Shown: positions 13,401 to 26,014, numbered from the stretch's first letter. The stretch: DNA of 64,000 bases from Phoronis australis (GCA_002633005.1 NMRA01000448.1:186001-250000), one strand, 5' to 3'. The notes: a model not told the origin generated them from the letters alone. Numbers and translations: made by a program.

Positions 13401-16400
13401 ATCCTTCTTTGTTTTCAAGAATATTGTGGAATAGTGATGAGTACACTAGCTAACCATGGTATGTTACTAATTCTGTGATTAACAGAAACAGCAAATGTTA
13501 TAACAAATCATTATACCAAAAAGTTCCTGACCAGTTATATTTTTCATTCACACGTCACTATACAAGTTGCTATTTTCTGTTAATACATGTGTATATGTAT
13601 GGGACATTCAGTTTAAAAGCTCATGTTTTATTGATGCAAAGTGCTTAGTTCTTTATTCCATAAAATAGCCATTGTTAACAGTAATTTTAAGCTTTGATTT
13701 AATAAATTGATAGGTCTGTTTTTGCATGACACCATCTGTATTCATGATATTTTGATAAAATTAAATTTAGGCCTCCTGCTGCATGTCTTGCACCAAACCC
13801 AAAAGTATTTTTTATTAGTGTTGTCTAAAACTTGTTTACAATATTCAAAGAAACTACGAACCGTTATCTTATTAAAGAATTGAAATATTTGTCCTAAGCA
13901 ACCAGCGTTCTCCAACGCTACTTAGCTGCCATCTGTTGTTTTAGTTGATAGTTGGTGATATTCACCGAATCCACAAGTTCACCAAATGATATCCTTTGTT
14001 TTATCAGGTTGAAAGAATTTGCCAAATTATATGATGTAATAAAAAATGAGAGGAACAAGTGCGTCAACCTTATTCAGACGAGTACCCAGAAGGCAGCGGA
14101 GATGAGAGAAAAGATCAAGATTCTGTTGAATGAAATGGAAATCCTTCGAACAGCTGTGGCCCAGAAAGAAAGGTGTGCAGTGTCTTCTGAGCTCAATTTC
14201 ATACATTTTATATTCACAGAATTTTTTTCCGTAAAATAATTTTAGCAAAATATGGAAGTAAAGGATGTCTGCTTAAAGTGTGTTTACTCAAGCTTTCACA
14301 TGCGTGTCTGTGATTAGAATTGCACTAAGAAGTTTTAGTACGGTAATTAAAGAAAAATTATAAAAATGCACAATTTTGAAAATGTTTCTTTACAATTTAT
14401 TGTCACTCCAAAATTTAGTTGAAGAAGCCAGCTTCCAGTTATCCATAACTTAACTTTTATTTAACCCTGTCTTGTACTAGGTATTCATAAAGTTGCAAAA
14501 AAGTCTATTCCCACTCACTGTGTTTAGTTGCCATCAACAGCAATAATTTCTCCAGTCGTCCTAAGTTCAGAAATCACATCTGATCTGAGTAAGGTACCTA
14601 CCAGAGGTCTTTTTAGTGTCGAGTGGACGGTCTTTTTCAAAAGTAATTTTTTTCAAATCAAAAATTGACAAAGCTAAACAAAGTTTTAAGGTGTGGTGTA
14701 ACCGTTATTGTTTTGATCATTTGGTCAGGTTACTTCAAAAGCAGCGTCTCAAACATCTCAGTAGCATCGTCATTCGCGATTCCCTCCGCAATGAGGTGGC
14801 CAAGCAGCAACGCATTGAAGACGAGATGCGCGAGAAACGAGAACAACAGAAGATGGACATCAACAAGTTGAACATTATGATCAACCAGGCAGAGGAGGAT
14901 ACGGTTGAGCTTAGGAAGAAGTATGAGACAGCAGTCCAGCACAGGAATGACCGGGGCATTCAGCTGATTGAGCGGAATGAAGAAGTGTGTATCTTCTATG
15001 AGAAGGTCAACATACAGGGTAGGTGTGCAGGGATGCAGGACTCTATGGCGGATTTAGCAGAAGGTGCGCTACCCCCTCAGGTTATGGCCAAGCAAGTAGC
15101 GATGCGCCATGTATTTTGGCTGTCTGTCCTTCGTGTGGTCACGCCTCAAGTATTCAAACAAAATGACCCGAAATTCCCCATCATGGCAGCTCAGCAGAAG
15201 CTAAATTCATTGTCAGAGAAGTCTTCTTTTATGACCAAGAATCAATATGACTTAACAAGAGAGTTTATAAGATTGCTAGGCCATCCTGCAATTATAATTC
15301 TGCCGCCATGATAATCATCACTAGTCATTGTTGCTGTTAATAGAGTTAGTCATTATGACAGAGAAAAAATGTTTTGTCTTTCAGTGATTACTTTTGTCAT
15401 GAACTGTTTTCACCGCCCCTTCATGATATCCTAGATTCACCATTAGACTCCATTGAGTCTCTTTCACAGGAAAGTTTGTAATTAACTACCTTTTTGATTG
15501 ACGCCATTCAAACAAACTTGTTGAGTCTGATCTTGTGGAATAATTAAGTGTCAGTTTTTCCAAGCTTAGGAATCTCTTTTAATCTGAGTGAAGAAGGAGT
15601 TGAGGCTAGATTTGTATTGTTATATGGTCTAAGTTTAATGGTTTGATTTATTTTTAATCAAACGTTAGTACTTTAGGCAGAAGATAATTTTATTGGATTG
15701 TATAAATAGTCGAAAAACATGAATTTTGTTTTGGATACGTGCTTGAGACTGCTTGAAATAAAACGCAATCAAGTGTATAATAGAAGCAAAACTATCGCCA
15801 TTTCACGAGGTAACTGAAATATAACATCAAGTGCTGCGTATGATTTGCAGAGACCATGATCAGGAATGGTGACGTAGAGATGCAGGCCCGTGAGGAAGAA
15901 ATACGCTTCTTGAATATGCAGAGTAAGGAGGAACAGAGGTGTATTGACCTGTTGAGGAAACAGGTGCCGAACAAGAAGAACCTGGAGAATGAGCTAACCA
16001 CGCTGCAGATACAGGTAATGGGTGCGTTAGGTGGGCTTGTGTGTACATCATGCAAGCACGTTATTTCGCACAAAATAATTTAATTATATTTTTGTAATAG
16101 GTTGTGTGGAATAAACTGAATATACAGAGTTCATGGTGACCAAGCATTGCCAACTGTCCATGTACGAATTTAAGGAATGTCGCCTGTGATGAGTTGTCAA
16201 TGTGGTTAGTTAACAGTAATTATGTTACTGTATTCTGTTTCATTATAAAAGTACTTTTACCGTATTCTTGGTGAAACGCTATCATGTATATTGCGTCACA
16301 CTAATCTGGGTCATCATATGTTTGCAACAGAATCTGTTATGAATGGATGAATGAAGTGATGAATATACAATGTTCAGACCTTATCATCACAGTTAAATAG

Positions 16401-19400
16401 GTGTTGATTACTGTTGGGTCTCCATTAACTGACTCTGTGCAATTCAGGTGGGGCAAGAAATTCCCCTTGTGCGAAATAATTGAGGGGCATAATATTATTT
16501 TTCTTAATAATTTTGAGTGTTCGAAATGAGGTGATGTGCTAAATTTGTGGAGAATTACCGTAACATGTAGAGAAATGTGCACATGAAAATGCTGTAAAAT
16601 CTACACATTTGTGACATAGTATGACTAGACTTCTATTTCATTGCTGTTGATACAACTGGTGTGCGTTCAGTAACGCTAGGACCTACGCTAGGACCTAGCT
16701 AAAATCTAGCCAAAGTCGTGTTCTCATTTAAAATACACGACAATATCTCATGTTATCTCGTGAAGTCTTGCTTTTTAGCGAGGTCATAGTGTTACTGAAC
16801 AGGAGGCTGATGTCTGATCAAATAATTGATTGGCAGTGTTCAAATGTACACCAATGACTCTTTTAACTGGCACCTTATGAAGGTCTTATTGGAAACCCTA
16901 AATTGAATAAAGGTTAGCCGTGCCCTTATAGTTTCCTGTTTTTGACTGAAAGATTTATCGCATGCACTTTAAAAGGTGCAGTTGTATGATTTCATCATTG
17001 TAGTGTTTTATGAACTGTAAAAGAGGTATTACTTCGTCTTTAATAAGTTATCTATGGCTGTTTCAGTTATCCCAGTGTCAGGACCGCATGTTGGAGCTAG
17101 AGAAGAACTTGGAAAACCCGTACGATGAGAGTCGTGTCCGGTTCCTGGAGGGAAAGGACATGACACCCGCTGAGCTGCAGTCAAAAGTGGAAGAGTTGGA
17201 AACGCGACTGGCGGAGAAGGAAGAACAGTTGCTGGAGAAGGCGTTGATCTTTGAACAAGTGACCAGGCTGGCTAGCAGGGTCAAGGCCAAGACAGATAAT
17301 GGAAAGGATGAGACACTGTCATTAGCCAAGAAGGTAAGGCGAGCGGAGAATGTTCTTTAAAATACGTTATTAGGAAAAATGTAGTGTATGATAGTTAAAG
17401 TTAAGCCCAGAAAGTGCTAGGAAGAATTATATTTGAAAATGAGTGGGCATGTTGTGGGAGACGAGTGCTTGTCAGACAACATTGATGGGACAATATTTGA
17501 CCCTTTTTGCTGAAGCTTTTTGGTTTCATTGGGTGTTGTTGTCGAAAAGATGCTTTGAATTTTATGTTCAGACATTGCTGAATGGGCAAAAATGGCATAG
17601 TCCATTGAGTTCTTTAGACTGATTGAAAATGTCTTTTTTGGAAAAGTGGGAAGTAAAACAAGTGGGGGTGTGATGGGGAGGATTGCGGCTTCTGATTATG
17701 TGAAAATTTTGTAAAATGTGTGTGGCTTGTCTTGGCAGGAACGTGTTTGATAGCTTAAAATATTGGGTGACATATAGTGGGAAATGAGTGTTTGTCAATG
17801 CATTACCAGTAGTAATAGGAAAAGTTTGGCCTTTTTAATTAAGATTTTTGGTTTGGCTTTTTTGAAGACAAGATTCTTAAATTTCATGTCTTAACATTAC
17901 TGAAAATGATGGTTTAGGTTACAACATTGTCAGTCTTGCAAATGTGAACGACCTGCCACTGGCAGTCAGAGATGTCACTTGACGGGCGCCATACGCTTAC
18001 GTTCTGTTCTGTATGTTTCAGGTGAATGACTTACAGGCCAAGATCAAAGAGGTCACTCGTAAGATGATGGCCACTGTGTCTGAGCTGTCAATGCAGCAGG
18101 CCGAAGCGTTGAAACTACAGCACGTTGTCAAGGAGAAGCAAGCACACATAGAGCATGTGAGTTGTTTTGTGCACGAGTAGCTTAAGTGCAGTAAAAGTGG
18201 CACTATCCAAATTTGGCCAACTTCAGAACGTCATCTCTTACAGATGGGACATTTTTTAATTCTTTTGAAACTTGCAAATGCTGCTTTATGCTCTGCTCTC
18301 CAAAATATTATTAGGAATTGTTTGCAAAATGTTAAATTTTTTTTACTCTTATGATTTTCACGGAAAAAATCAAAAGTTGCATAAAATGAAAGTGAAATAA
18401 TTTAGAAAACTGTTATTATAATAGCATTTTTGGAATATTGATGTACCTACCTTTATTATTAAGTCATGGTCACATGACTCAATTTTACTATTAATACATA
18501 GTCACATGACTCAATTTTACTATTAATACATAGTTACATGACTCAGTTTTACTATTAAGACATGGTCACATGACTCAATTCGTGGCAGATTGATAAAAAA
18601 ATCAAAATGAAATCCCACAGACCTTCTACTTTCAGAAAATGTAATTTACTGACTTCAAATCTATAGTTTTGTTGAGATTTGGCTAAATATAACTTGTCAA
18701 TAAGGTCCTCCTACCTAACCTTTGAAACGTACAAAGTTCCTCATTGTTCTGAGTAATATTTTTTCTTGTTTATAAAAACTTCCTAAAATCTGGCCATTAA
18801 AAGTCTAACTTCAGTCAAGTCAAAAATTGTAAGTATGGAAGTTGTAATTGAAAATGTTGCAGCCAAGGTACTGAGAATGTTTTGTGCAACAGATACATTA
18901 GAATTTCCTTGCCATTATTGAGTGACAGTCTGCACAATACATCTCTCAGCCGATGCCTTTGTGTGGCACAACTTATTTTACAATCCAGCATACACTAAGT
19001 TATCATTTCCTCATTGAAGGCCAATGGCTGAGTTGAAACATTCACTCATGTTATCTTTCAGTGTTACGTTCGTATGGAGAAAGGCGAGCCCCCTAGTACT
19101 GAGATTGAGGCTGAATACCAAAAGTCTCTCCGTGTTGAGGAGAGACGATTGAGGGAAAAGGAAGAAGCCAAACTGGTACGTGTATGTCAAGTCAGTTATG
19201 TTGAAATGACATGCAAATGACACTGGGTGCAGATAAAGTCCGTGTTTATGGATTATTTCAAATTACTTTTCGGGCTCCTTCACTAGTGGTAATTTCAGTT
19301 TAGATGAAAAGAAAGATTGTTGTATTGATTCAGGTTTAATTATCATTCACGGGAAATTCACCATTTTTTGATTTAAACCTCTTACTGATATGAAATTGGT

Positions 19401-19894
19401 TTCGAATTGTTCCTTGACCAAAATAGATGTGATTTATGGCCATGGAAGGAACTAGCGGGTCTTTATTGCTAGAGACCGTACCCAGGAGATAAAGTGACGT
19501 ATTGCGACTATTCAGCTTTTAGAGCCTTGTCTCAAGCAAGATAAAAAATTCTCAACTGAGTAAGGAACAAGTAGAGACCAATTTTATAGCAGTAACTGGT
19601 ATTAATCAAAAATTTTTGTCAACAGAATGCAGGTTTATTGTCTCTTTAAACCAGTATTGCCAAAAGTAATCGAATGTTTTGTTTCTCTAGGTGGCAGAAG
19701 AAGCAGAGCAGTACGTTATCGCAGGTGGAGTCAGTACAACTGCCGAGCCTCGACCCAATGCTTACATTCCCGACGACGAGAATGAGTTACCAATTCCACG
19801 CCCGTATGGCGCTCATGCACCATTTAAGCCCCAAGAAGCAGGATCTAGTATGAGGCACATACGCAAACCTGTGCCCAAACCCATTGAAATTTAA
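1354..19894 (+). CDS. CCDC146: Coiled-coil domain-containing protein 146-like gene, spliced and 5'-partial. Exons: 1354-1436, 2640-2849, 3450-3507, 5065-5315, 8466-8693, 9028-9214, 10889-11110, 13168-13301, 14008-14172, 14729-15018, 15851-16014, 17067-17333, 18022-18156, 19062-19175, 19691-19894
   Basis: All 15 exons have AG acceptors, all internal ones have GT donors, and they join in one frame (2712 nt including stop). The product is coiled-coil throughout, with motifs [42 protein letters not shown] and C-terminal [12 protein letters not shown]...[15 protein letters not shown]...[14 protein letters not shown], recalled as characteristic of CCDC146. The start codon is upstream of the window. 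Confidence 0.9.
2640..2849 (+). CDS. CCDC146: CCDC146 exon ([15 protein letters not shown]...QYQLDYKLE)
   Basis: ccgtag| ... |gtaggt; 210 nt, phase 2 to 2. Confidence 0.88.
3450..3507 (+). CDS. CCDC146: CCDC146 exon ([19 protein letters not shown])
   Basis: tttcag| ... |gtaaat; 58 nt, phase 2 to 0. Confidence 0.85.
3788..4430 (-). mobile_element. 3' end of a decayed CR1/L2-type LINE
   Basis: - strand [38 protein letters not shown] resembles the ORF2 C-terminus of CR1/L2 elements; ends in an (AATA)n tail at about 3788-3808. Confidence 0.6.
5065..5315 (+). CDS. CCDC146: CCDC146 exon ([23 protein letters not shown]...KVNRQR)
   Basis: ctgtag| ... |gtaaga; 251 nt, open, coiled-coil. Confidence 0.88.
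5760..6720 (-). mobile_element. Non-autonomous HINE/pearl-like element with internal subrepeats; same family as 37041-39530
   Basis: End gttgctcttgt is the reverse complement of acaagagcaac at 37041; repeated gcc(a/c)cctagtggc and gaaatttggca motifs. Confidence 0.55.
6959..6991 (+). CDS. CCDC146: Candidate 33-nt in-frame cassette microexon of CCDC146 (K)[10 protein letters not shown](D)
   Basis: ttcttcag| ... |gtatgt; symmetric phase 2-2, matching the flanking exons; no stop. Confidence 0.5.
7764..7821. repeat. 19-nt tandem repeat x3 (actaaggtctggtcacatg)
   Basis: Direct reading. Confidence 0.9.
8466..8693 (+). CDS. CCDC146: CCDC146 exon ([16 protein letters not shown]...KESALMAD)
   Basis: ttgcag| ... 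|gtgagt; 228 nt, phase 2-2. Confidence 0.88.
9028..9214 (+). CDS. CCDC146: CCDC146 exon ([15 protein letters not shown]...MDKVKGQ)
   Basis: tcacag| ... |gtgagc; 187 nt. Confidence 0.88.
9844..9906 (+). CDS. CCDC146: Candidate 63-nt in-frame cassette exon of CCDC146 ([21 protein letters not shown])
   Basis: About 75-nt pyrimidine tract then ctctag|, donor caa|gtaggt; phase 0-0, matching the flanking exons; open. Confidence 0.55.
10889..11110 (+). CDS. CCDC146: CCDC146 exon ([22 protein letters not shown]...LTRLAAIK)
   Basis: atgtag| ... |gtatgg; 222 nt. Confidence 0.88.
11165..11242. repeat. 18-nt tandem repeat x4 (gttgaatgtgtaagacct)
   Basis: Direct reading; produces the spurious VECVRP repeats in the ORF track. 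Confidence 0.9.
12100..13075 (+). mobile_element. Degenerate non-LTR retrotransposon (LINE) ORF2/RT fragment
   Basis: Frameshifted [23 protein letters not shown]...IAPYLTKLF...VVPIHKK...[25 protein letters not shown]...LYEEQA, typical of the LINE RT N-terminus. Confidence 0.75.
13168..13301 (+). CDS. CCDC146: CCDC146 exon ([15 protein letters not shown]...FQEMQQ)
   Basis: cttcag| ... |gtaagt; 134 nt. Confidence 0.88.
14008..14172 (+). CDS. CCDC146: CCDC146 exon ([23 protein letters not shown]...AVAQKE)
   Basis: tatcag| ... |gtgtgc; 165 nt. Confidence 0.9.
14729..15018 (+). CDS. CCDC146: CCDC146 exon ([22 protein letters not shown]...FYEKVNIQ)
   Basis: ggtcag| ... |gtaggt; 290 nt. Confidence 0.9.
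15851..16014 (+). CDS. CCDC146: CCDC146 exon ([20 protein letters not shown]...LTTLQIQ)
   Basis: ttgcag| ... |gtaatg; 164 nt. Confidence 0.9.
16665..16800. mobile_element. Short inverted-repeat MITE-like element
   Basis: gttcagtaacgctaggacct ... aggtcatagtgttactgaac (18/20 complementary). Confidence 0.5.
17067..17333 (+). CDS. CCDC146: CCDC146 exon ([18 protein letters not shown]...TLSLAKK)
   Basis: tttcag| ... |gtaagg; 267 nt. Confidence 0.9.
18022..18156 (+). CDS. CCDC146: CCDC146 exon ([27 protein letters not shown]...HIEH)
   Basis: tttcag| ... |gtgagt; 135 nt. Confidence 0.9.
18465..18580. repeat. 32-nt tandem repeat x3.6 (catggtcacatgactcaattttactattaata)
   Basis: Direct reading. Confidence 0.9.
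19062..19175 (+). CDS. CCDC146: CCDC146 exon ([19 protein letters not shown]...EEAKL)
   Basis: tttcag| ... |gtacgt; 114 nt. Confidence 0.88.
19691..19894 (+). CDS. CCDC146: CCDC146 terminal coding exon (...[12 protein letters not shown]...KPVPKPIEI*)
   Basis: ctctag| acceptor; TAA stop at 19892-19894. Confidence 0.92.
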   Translation: MAEEAEQYVIAGGVSTTAEPRPNAYIPDDENELPIPRPYGAHAPFKPQEAGSSMRHIRKPVPKPIEI

Positions 19895-20429
19895 TTCCCA
19901 GTGAGGCATTTTCGTAGACAGTGAACCTCGTAAATTCTAGTGTTTGGCAACATCGATCGTAAGATTAATTTTGATGACAAGAGAATGTTGGTGGTCAAGA
20001 CAGGTTTTGAAGTCTGAACATTTGATTGTCAGTTGCTTTGCGATTATTTATTTTGTACAGCAGTGAACTAAGAACATGTGGTAAACTGTTTGTACATCAA
20101 AGTATATCTAGTAGATTTATTGTACTTTTAATCCAATGCTTTGATGCATTTATTACAAACAAGTCCAATTATCATGGATTTTGAAAATTCTGTGGTGAGG
20201 GAGACACAGCATTTAATAAGCATTTTTTAAAATTACCGCTTACCTTCTTCGTCACGATTTTAGTTTTCAAATTATTGTTCAATAAGTAATAATAGCATTC
20301 GTTTTGTTCTTTAATTTTGTCATTTTGTCTTGTGTAAATGTATTAATTACTGCAAAAGGTTTAAGTGCAGTTTGTAATTTCAAGTGTTATCAAACATGTG
20401 TTCAACCGTTTTCTATACGCCATTATGGA

Positions 20430-20435
20430 AATAAA
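20430..20435 (+). terminator. Candidate polyadenylation signal of CCDC146
   Basis: AATAAA about 535 nt after the stop codon, followed by GT/T-rich sequence. Confidence 0.45.
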
Positions 20436-23400
20436 GTAATATTTTGTTAACTACTTAGTGGCAAGTGTTGTTTTAATGAACATGGGCACTGTACACAGTA
20501 AGTGGCAAGTCAAAAGTGCATGTTGGATTTTAACTCAACTTGGGACAAATATCGTGGAACCGGTATTTTCCATCTTGCCATTCAAGTCAAAATCAATTTT
20601 CCATTAGAAAAAAAATGTCCGATTGATGAAAACGTGTGCAAGTTTTACTAAAATATGTCTCACTTGAAGTTAAGGTGGTATTATTGACTAGTGCACAGTC
20701 CTAAAGGTACAGTGAAACCGACTGCTCAGCTGCATTCCACAGAACATGACAAACAACCACGCAATTAGAAATTACTAATACCAGGTGCGGATTTACCAGG
20801 GGGTCTAGACCCCTTGCCCCTCCTTTACATTGCTGTAATGGAGGAAAGTCAAGCACCCCCTGCAGCTGTATCGGGTACACTCAGTACCACAAGGAACTGA
20901 CGTAAGATACCATATAAAAAACAAGAGAGTAAGTGAAATGTTACATGTATTTAAAAAAATGCCCACAACATAACAACACTGGACTGGCTGTTTAAACACA
21001 CACTGTTGCTAGGCAGGCACTGTGTTCTCCAACACAGCACGTGTACTGGCATTACCACACCCTGCTGTTACAAGTGATGTGTCAACACATACACAACACA
21101 CAAATCACTAGTAAACGTACAAATGGTAAAGTTAACTTACAACCTGTTACCAATGAGATTGGCCAATTCTGAGAGCCAAGCCTCCGTCCACAATTAAAAA
21201 ACGAGAGGGATAAGTTGTTAATCCCAACCTATATAACTAAGACCTAATTAAAGCTATTTATCTTGGTTCGACAAGAGGCTTGTATTTCTACTGACAATTG
21301 CGTAACTTGAATAAACAAAAATTTGAGTGATATGTTTTACTCCATGTAACAATAAGTAATTAAATGGATAATTAACAAGTCCCGTCCAAGTAAGAGAAGT
21401 TCAGAGAACATGATTACACACAATGGCATAGTAAAGATGAACACTTAACCCAAAATGATAAACTGGAGCAGATTTTCCATAAAATAGTAAAAGCTTTGGG
21501 TAGAATACTGTCTAACTTTGGAGCGTGCACTTATAACAATTCAGCCAGTGCATCGTTTACTTTTTTGGTTTATCAACTATAAATAACCATAATAAATAAT
21601 CAACAGAGAATGTAAGAAAAGTAGATAAGTCATGTATACCAAGTACAGTTTAAATAAGCAAACATTTCTGCCTAATTTGTGTCACTACAGCAATAAAACA
21701 GCATGCCAGTAACATCCAAGCATTAATGTTTAAAACACATTTTCATCAGAAGCTTTCCAATGATCCCAAAAAATGCTCTGGTACACTTTACCTAGCCCTG
21801 CGATTATCATGTCTGACAACCAAACAATTAGGTTTGACCTCATGATTGTACTAAGTAAGACTTTATTTTCTCACATACAAAAACCTAAAAGCAAGACATT
21901 GATTAAAAACAAAACTCCAATCGAATAAAAACCTCAAGCCAAGCAAATGAGAGTTATTAAAAACGGTCACCCCGAAATGTTACTCGCTTACAAATCAAAT
22001 CACGCCATAAAACCAACTCTACATCAGCGTCAATAAAGCTAAATCTACAGCAAAATGGGGGAGGGTTAGCATCAGCTGCCAAACGCTGCAACCTTCCCTC
22101 CCCCTACTACATCTAACTGCTGTTCAGGCCAGCCCAGTGAAGTGGAGTACAACAAACAGCTATTTAACATACCAGTCTAAACAGTCAGTATTTGTATTTA
22201 TATTTATATATATATATATATGTATACCTGTACAAGATATGGTGTTACACGCACCAGAAACGAACTACTAATAAATACAAGCAATTTACAGCCTTGGGTT
22301 AGGGAAAAGGTGAAATTCAAAAAAGTAAACAACTGCTGCTTCGGATATCCTTTCTGTAAATCCACTTACAAATCAAGGAAAACTGTCCTTGACATTGATA
22401 TATTGGCTCATTGTCACTCCTGATTAAAGCAAAATTAGAGTACCTAAAACTCAACAAAGACGGGAAATCTCATTTCCAATATTCAATTCAGTCCATTTTT
22501 GATCCAACCAGCACCCAGTAACTTTCTAAAAAAATAAACAATGGGCAATACCCCTCCACTGACCATAAAGCCTTCACCTTCAAAGAAAGACACAGAAGGT
22601 ATTTTTCATACGTTCAGCACTATCCATTATAAAACTGCATATTTTGAGCTCACCAATGAGAAAAGGAACATTGCCCAACAAGCCTAGTAAAAATGTTTAA
22701 AATGTCAGCAAGTTCTTGTTGACCCATAACAGGAGAGATGCTCGCAAGATCACAAGATTTCTTTGTAATGCATGGAATTATGTCATGAACATTTGTGCTA
22801 TCTTATCAATCTCACAAGAGCCTCGCGTTACACAACATAGTCCTCGACTCGGACCAAATATTTTTATTCAAAATCGCACTCGAAATTATTTGTAATACTT
22901 TCTCCTCCATTTGGTGTGAACTGGAGATATTAATCTATTATTTTGTGCCTGAGTACATTACTGTATACATGAATGACTGAGTATTCCTATTTTGCACTTA
23001 ATGACCCCAAATGTCAGTTTTTTTACCAGAGTTCCTAGGGGTCACCAAGAACAAAGGTGGACTATACAGTGGTTTAGTAATTTGCAATATGTTGAAGCAC
23101 AGAATAATAGATAATTATCCCGAGTTCCTATAGAGAATGGAAAATATCAAAATAATCCCGGCCCCAGGTTGTAGTATTAAAATCAGCAGGACAATAAGAA
23201 TTCACAAGCAGCAAAACCATAGTCAAAGATTGTAGCGCCGCCACGCAACTAGCCATGTTCAAATGAGTGATGATGTGAGAAAGGACAAAAGAAAGCCTTC
23301 ACAACAACTACACAATACTAACAGTCCACACCCCACAGGATAAAGTATCCATAATATACACAGACGAGAAAACAATAAACAGGTCTAGTCAGAGACAGAT

Positions 23401-24279
23401 TTTATCACAAGTTTGAATTCATAACAATACAATCACAGAGTCAGGTTTCTCTTAACTCTCTCACTCCAGTTTCTAATATCACATCTTTACACGAACCAAC
23501 GTCACATGTGTATACAATATAACACCGACAATACCGAAAACGAAGATCTCAAAAGTCAACACCCCATCTCAGGTGTTACCCAATCAAAACCAACTTGTAA
23601 TAAATAGGAAAGTTTAGAAGAAAACGGTTGAATATCGATACACAAGACATACAATTACATTCATCAATAATTATGTAACCAGTAGCTATTAAATTTGCAG
23701 GGGAAAACATTGCCTGCCCCTCATAAGACGGTCTTGTTTAAAAGAATAAATGCTCTCTATGTACTCGGCAAAAAACTGTCTCGACAACGACAAACTTAGA
23801 AGAACGCCATTTCTGTTGAAAATGATTTTGTGAGCAATGTGTCATTACCAGCCGTCATTAGTCTAAAAACTGCACCTGGAATTCCGTAAACAAATCTACA
23901 GGCTGCAGATTATTTTTTGTAAAAAATTTTTTTGTTGAAGTAGCAACAGAATCGATCTGCTCCAGCAACAAGGCAGGTTGTTCCTAAAATGCACTCTGCG
24001 ATCATGTGACATTCAGTGATAACCACAGTAATGGTACTATCACACTTAGAGTGGAACTAATTCCTTTTCTCTGCCATTGCTTGGTCAAATTAGTTAGAAC
24101 CACAACATATAGCAACGATGTGAATATGAAGTAGGTTGAAAATTGCCAAATGTTTTTAAGAACGAGTTTTGTGTTGAAAATGTTTAGCTGTAAATCACTC
24201 AACCGTGTCCAGTAAGTATCACGACGTGGTGTTGGGTAATAACGGTGCATGATAAGGGTTATGTGAACCTCCAAGGTAC

Positions 24280-24855
24280 CTCGCTGGTTCCCTGCCTGCC
24301 CAGCCAGCACGCAGAAGTAACGCAGTAGCATGCGCGTTTAGCATTGATTGATGTAACCTCGGCAGTCATTGGTTAGCTTTACAACAACGTGAAAATTAGC
24401 GGACTGTGAAAGATTTTTAGCCTTGTCATGATCGTGGCGTAACAGCAACTATTTCATTTCTGTAGTAATGTTTAATAGACGCATGTTTGAAGCACATACG
24501 TGTACAACTAACACATATCTGACTGATTCAACTGGTGTGTTATTCATACTGTATGGATACAGGACAATATCGTAAACAAAAGTCATCGACAGTAGAAAGA
24601 TGCATTTCGAAAAGGCGCAACCACAATTTATGGAACTCACAATCCCTGAACATAAATTTTAAGCACCCATTTGTCTGTATATCAGACCACATTTAAACTT
24701 CTTCCATCAGCCATGCTAGTTTGTTTGCATAAAGCGCTGCTAGTTGAAAATTCGACCTGCCAATAAGAAACGCCGGAGTAAAAAAATTTCCCGAGGAAAA
24801 TTAAGCGATACCTGCGTGCTGGCTACCACCTAGCGGCACACAGGGAACCAGGAAG
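24280..24855. mobile_element. Non-autonomous DNA transposon with 15-bp TIRs and a 9-bp target-site duplication
   Basis: TSD ccaaggtac at 24271-24279 and 24856-24864; TIRs ctcgctggttccctg / cagggaaccaggaag; subterminal inverted agccagcacgcag / ctgcgtgctggct. Confidence 0.75.
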
Positions 24856-25356
24856 CCAAGGTACATCATCAGTGCGAAGGTCACCTATTTGCATAATTTT
24901 TTTCACATTTACAAGTTGTTTAGTGTAGATAATGCTCAAATATCATTGTAGTTTTGTTCCTGCCGTATATTAGCATAGTTAGGAGCATGCAAATACATCT
25001 CTAACGCATTCTCAGAACATACAAGTCCATCTCAAGACCCTGATGAATCAGGCTGGGGGCAGGCAGAAATGGCAACATTTTCCAATACATCTTAAATCAA
25101 AATGCAACACCGCTCACAAGGCGGCTCTTTGAAGATTATACCACATTTCATCAGTTACTACTTTTTGCGTTCCACTTTTTCATCGAGAACTACAGTAAAA
25201 CCGCATGAGCCGGATTCACACGGACCTGGTCACTTCATCCAAGTGTGGCAAAATCCGACTTATATTTGAAGGCCCAGGAGCATGAACAAGAGCAACTATA
25301 CAGTGGAACAGTGTCCGAGTTAGGCGAAAATTCGACATGATTAAGCATGTCTGGCT

Positions 25357-25618
25357 TAAAAAAAGTTTGGAAGGTAGGGCCCCCCAAGACAGTTGTCTCA
25401 CACGGAGCACACAGTAGCCATCTGGGTGACACTGCATTACAAGGTAAAAAAAGTTTGGAAGGTAGGGCCCCAAGACAGTTGTGTCGCACGGAGCACACAG
25501 TAGCCATCTGGGTGATACTGCATTACAGGGTAAAAAAAGTTTGGAAGGTAGGGCCCCAAGACAGTTGTCTCGCACGGAGCACACAGTAGCCATCTGGGTG
25601 ATGCTGCATTACAGGGTA
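25357..25618. repeat. Minisatellite, about 86-nt unit x3
   Basis: aaaaaaagtttggaaggtagggccccaagacagttgtctcgcacggagcacacagtagccatctgggtgatactgcattacagggt repeated three times. Confidence 0.92.
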
Positions 25619-25980
25619 CACAATTTAAATGGATGTATCCGTATGACGTTCCACAACGAACAATTTTTTGATCTCTTCTAAACTCTTAGAATACGACTGA
25701 ACACTTAGAGAGTTTCAGAAAGGTCTCTAGAAAGAACACCTGAGATTTTACAATGACATACAGGTGCAAACAACACAAATAAAATGTGTCAACAAGTATA
25801 CTAAGATCTGTGCAAATAGATGTAGAACCATGCGGCAAGTATTTTGTATAAACACCCAATAATGAGATTAAAAACACTCCACGACTGAGATTCAAAAGAC
25901 CTTAAAAGTACAACACGGCAATTGCAGCTCCATAACCATAGTAATAATAGTCATAACAATAAAAGTAAAACCTCAGTAAT

Positions 25981-25982
<2 letters not shown>

Positions 25983-26013
<31 letters not shown>
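25983..26013. repeat. (AAT)n microsatellite
   Basis: Direct reading. Confidence 0.9.

Positions 26014-26014
<1 letters not shown>

Noticed and set aside
14616-15311. 231-aa ORF as a standalone gene
   Set aside because: Only 14729-15018 is exonic; the rest is intron read-through, partly repeat-derived
25216-25681. Overlapping ORFs with repeated peptides; superficially CRISPR-like
   Set aside because: This is a plain ~86-nt tandem repeat with no unique spacers, in eukaryotic context
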